64,000 nucleotides of DNA from Paragordius varius (Eukaryota; Animalia; Nematomorpha). Shown one piece after another: positions 62,201-64,000 of the stretch. The notes below the pieces were generated by a model, which made no database searches, had not been told where the DNA came from, and saw only the letters and a list, made by a program, of their open reading frames with translations. How positions within the stretch are numbered: position 1 is the first letter of the stretch; every line of letters starts with the position of its first letter. The stretch is taken from positions 496,001 through 560,000 of the forward strand of contig OZ176057.1 of the NCBI GenBank assembly GCA_964247055.1, read 5' to 3'. Position numbers and translations under genes: made by a program.

Positions 62201-63881
62201 ATAAAATTTTATTTGGACATTTTTAAGTATTGTAAAATATCAAAAAAACTTAAAAACTTAAATAAAAAATTATATGTATTTATAAAAAAAATATATTTTT
62301 GTAGAAAAATTATAAAATATAAAAACTTTGATTTTCACTAAAAACGTTAATCCCTAAAATTTTTTATGTCGTTTATTTTATCGAAAAATGTTTATAAATC
62401 TGAAAATCTTAAATATTTATCATTAAAAATAACAACTCAAGAATCAAAAAAAACCTGGTATTTTGCTAAAATTAGATAATAAAAAATGCCTTTTCAAGTA
62501 TTTTATCGATTATGCATTAGTGTTTATTTAATAATAAAAGTTTAAATCAAAATCAAAAACTATAGTAAAAACTTTACGTAATCAAATTTTTTTTGAAAAA
62601 CTAAATTAGATTCCGAAAAATGCCATTTCCATTTTTTTAATTATGCAGTGTTCAATAAATATATGTTTAAAAATCAAAAAACTAAAAAATTAATTTAAAA
62701 TATAGTAAAAACTTAATTAAATTAAAAAAATTAAAAAATCAAAATAACCCTAAAAATATAGTAAAAACTTTACTTAATCGATTTTTTTTAAAAAAACCTA
62801 AATTAGATTTTGAAAAATGCACTTTTTACCATTTAATCAATTATTCACTGGTGTTTATTTAATAAATGTTTAAAAATCAAAAAACTAAAAATATCGAATG
62901 AAAATATAATAAAAACTTTACTTAATCGAAATTTTTTTTTAAAAAAAACCTAAATTAGATTCTGAAAAATGCCATTTCTAAATTATAAATTAGTGTATAT
63001 TTAATAGATTTAAAAACTAAAAAACTAATTTATAATAAGATAAAAATTTTATTTAATCGAAATTTTTTTTTAAAAACCTAAATTAGATTCTGAAAAATGC
63101 TTCGTTAAGCATTTTGTTAACTATTAGTATTTATTTAATAAATAAATGTTTAAACAAAAAAAAAACTAATTAAAAATATAGTAAAAACTTTATTTAATCG
63201 CAAAAAAATGGGTAAAAAACCTTGATTTTTGCTAAAATTAGATTCTGGAAAATGCCAATTAGGATTTTATTAATTATTCACTAGTATTTATTTAATAAAT
63301 GTTTAAAAATCAAAAAACCATAAAAACTAGTAAAAATATAGTAAAAACTTTTCTTAATAGCATAAAAATGTGGGAAAAAATTAAAAACCTAAATTAGATT
63401 CTGAAAAATGTCCTTTTAGGCATTTTATAAATTATTAATGCTTATTTAAATGTTTTAAAATCTAAAAAATCTAAAAAACTAATTTAAAATTAATAAAAAC
63501 TTAATTTAATCAAAAAACTAAAAAACTAGTAAAAATATAGTAAAAACTTTACTTGATTCGAAAATTTTTTTAAAAAACCTAAATTAGATTCTGAAAAATG
63601 CCATTTCCATTTTATTAATTATTCACTAGTGTTTATTTAATAAAAAATCATAAAAACTAGTAAAAATATAGAAAAAACTTTATTTAATCAAAAAAACCTT
63701 GATTTTTGTTAAAATTAGATTCTGAAAAATGCCCTTTTAAGCATTGTAAAATCCACCCTCTATGATCATGTGTGAGTTCGGCATCTAAAATGGCTTGTAA
63801 AATTTTGTTGTCCGATTTGGGAATTTTATTTTCATGCGCAACATTGTTTGGGGTCGTCGTCGTAGTATAAGCAAAAGTTAT
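53963..63881 (-). CDS. Classical (Cys-based) protein tyrosine phosphatase, catalytic motifs intact, 5' end outside the window
   Basis: Exons (minus): 63881-63698, 60652-60497, 59617(or 59599)-59460, 57817-57679, 57162-57079, 56378-56300, 55335-55170, 54821-54527, 54234-53963, with consistent phases. Motifs: KNRYTDV, DYINANWV, YICTQGPL, DFWHMCW, KCEKYWP, WPDFG, VVHCSAGIGRTGT, LRKQRYGAIQTPSQY. Confidence 0.92.
56379..56900 (-). repeat. Two diverged tandem copies (~240-bp spacing) of the acceptor region of PTP exon 56378
   Basis: GACCTTTCAATAAAATATCCG... (56621) and GACCTATCAATAAAATATGC... (56862) resemble GACCTTTTCCAATTAAATATACGG at the true junction (56376). Confidence 0.6.
58668..58952. mobile_element. 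MITE family B (representative copy)
   Basis: TA|TACCATTTACAG...CTGTAAATGGTA|TA within a TA run. Other copies at ~1265-1512, 27545-27780, 29243-29502, 29846-30134, 37037-37262, 49760-50075, 55845-56126, 57893-58143, 59674-60067, 60737-60984, 61320-61585 and 61948-62150. Confidence 0.85.
58980..59459 (-). repeat. Tandem copies of the donor of PTP exon 59460 interspersed with (TA)n
   Basis: AACTTAC...AGATTTG near 58988, 59157 and 59267, against the true AAAACTTACTGAGATTTGATT at 59451. Confidence 0.6.
62400..63697 (-). repeat. Tandem array (about 8 extra units) copying the 3' end and donor of PTP exon 63881-63698
   Basis: AAATTAGATTCTGAAAAATGCC (reverse complement of exon codons GGG CAT TTT TCA GAA TCT AAT TT) near 62468, 62603, 62800, 62951, 63080, 63234, 63390 and 63580. 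Confidence 0.85.
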
Positions 63882-64000
63882 CTAAAAAATTAATAAAAAA
63901 ATTTAATTTAAGTATTAAAATATTGGAAATATCAGAATAATTAATTTTTAGCAAAATAAAATTAATAAAAAAAATTTAATTTAAGTATTAAAATATTTGA

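Noticed and set aside
44122-63881. Possible EGG-1/2 plus EGG-3/4/5 fertilisation gene cluster
   Set aside because: EGG-3/4/5 are catalytically dead PTP-like proteins, whereas this PTP has intact HCSAGIGRTG, WPD and Q-loop motifs. The tail-to-tail adjacency is probably incidental.

Overview
Very AT-rich, intron-rich eukaryotic genomic DNA, most likely a nematode. This is inferred from TTTTAG/TTTCAG-type acceptors, introns as short as 26-40 nt, outron-like acceptors just before start codons, and the gene content. Seven protein-coding genes can be assembled by hand from GT-AG exons: a small secreted beta-sandwich-like protein (4741-6741 +), an unknown basic Ser/Thr/Lys-rich protein (8137-13479 -), a UQCC4/CCSMST1-like mitochondrial protein (16526-20047 +), a 16-exon eRF3/GSPT1 (39625-22796 -), mitochondrial acyl carrier protein NDUFAB1 (39751-40446 +, head-to-head with eRF3), a type II membrane protein with a mucin-like stalk and five LDLa repeats (44122-53123 +), and a 5'-partial classical tyrosine phosphatase (63881-53963 -). 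Introns and intergenic DNA hold many MITEs of at least five families, two large foldback elements and (TA)n microsatellites. Two signals stand out. (1) At least nine intronic tandem arrays in the eRF3 and PTP genes have a repeat unit that copies the adjacent exon edge plus its splice site, giving stacks of decoy donors and acceptors. (2) The eRF3 UAG stop is followed by C, a 9-bp hairpin 12 nt downstream and 81 further in-frame sense codons, a possible readthrough or autoregulation cassette in a release factor gene. No tRNA, rRNA or CRISPR array was recognised. All exon models are manual predictions without expression data.
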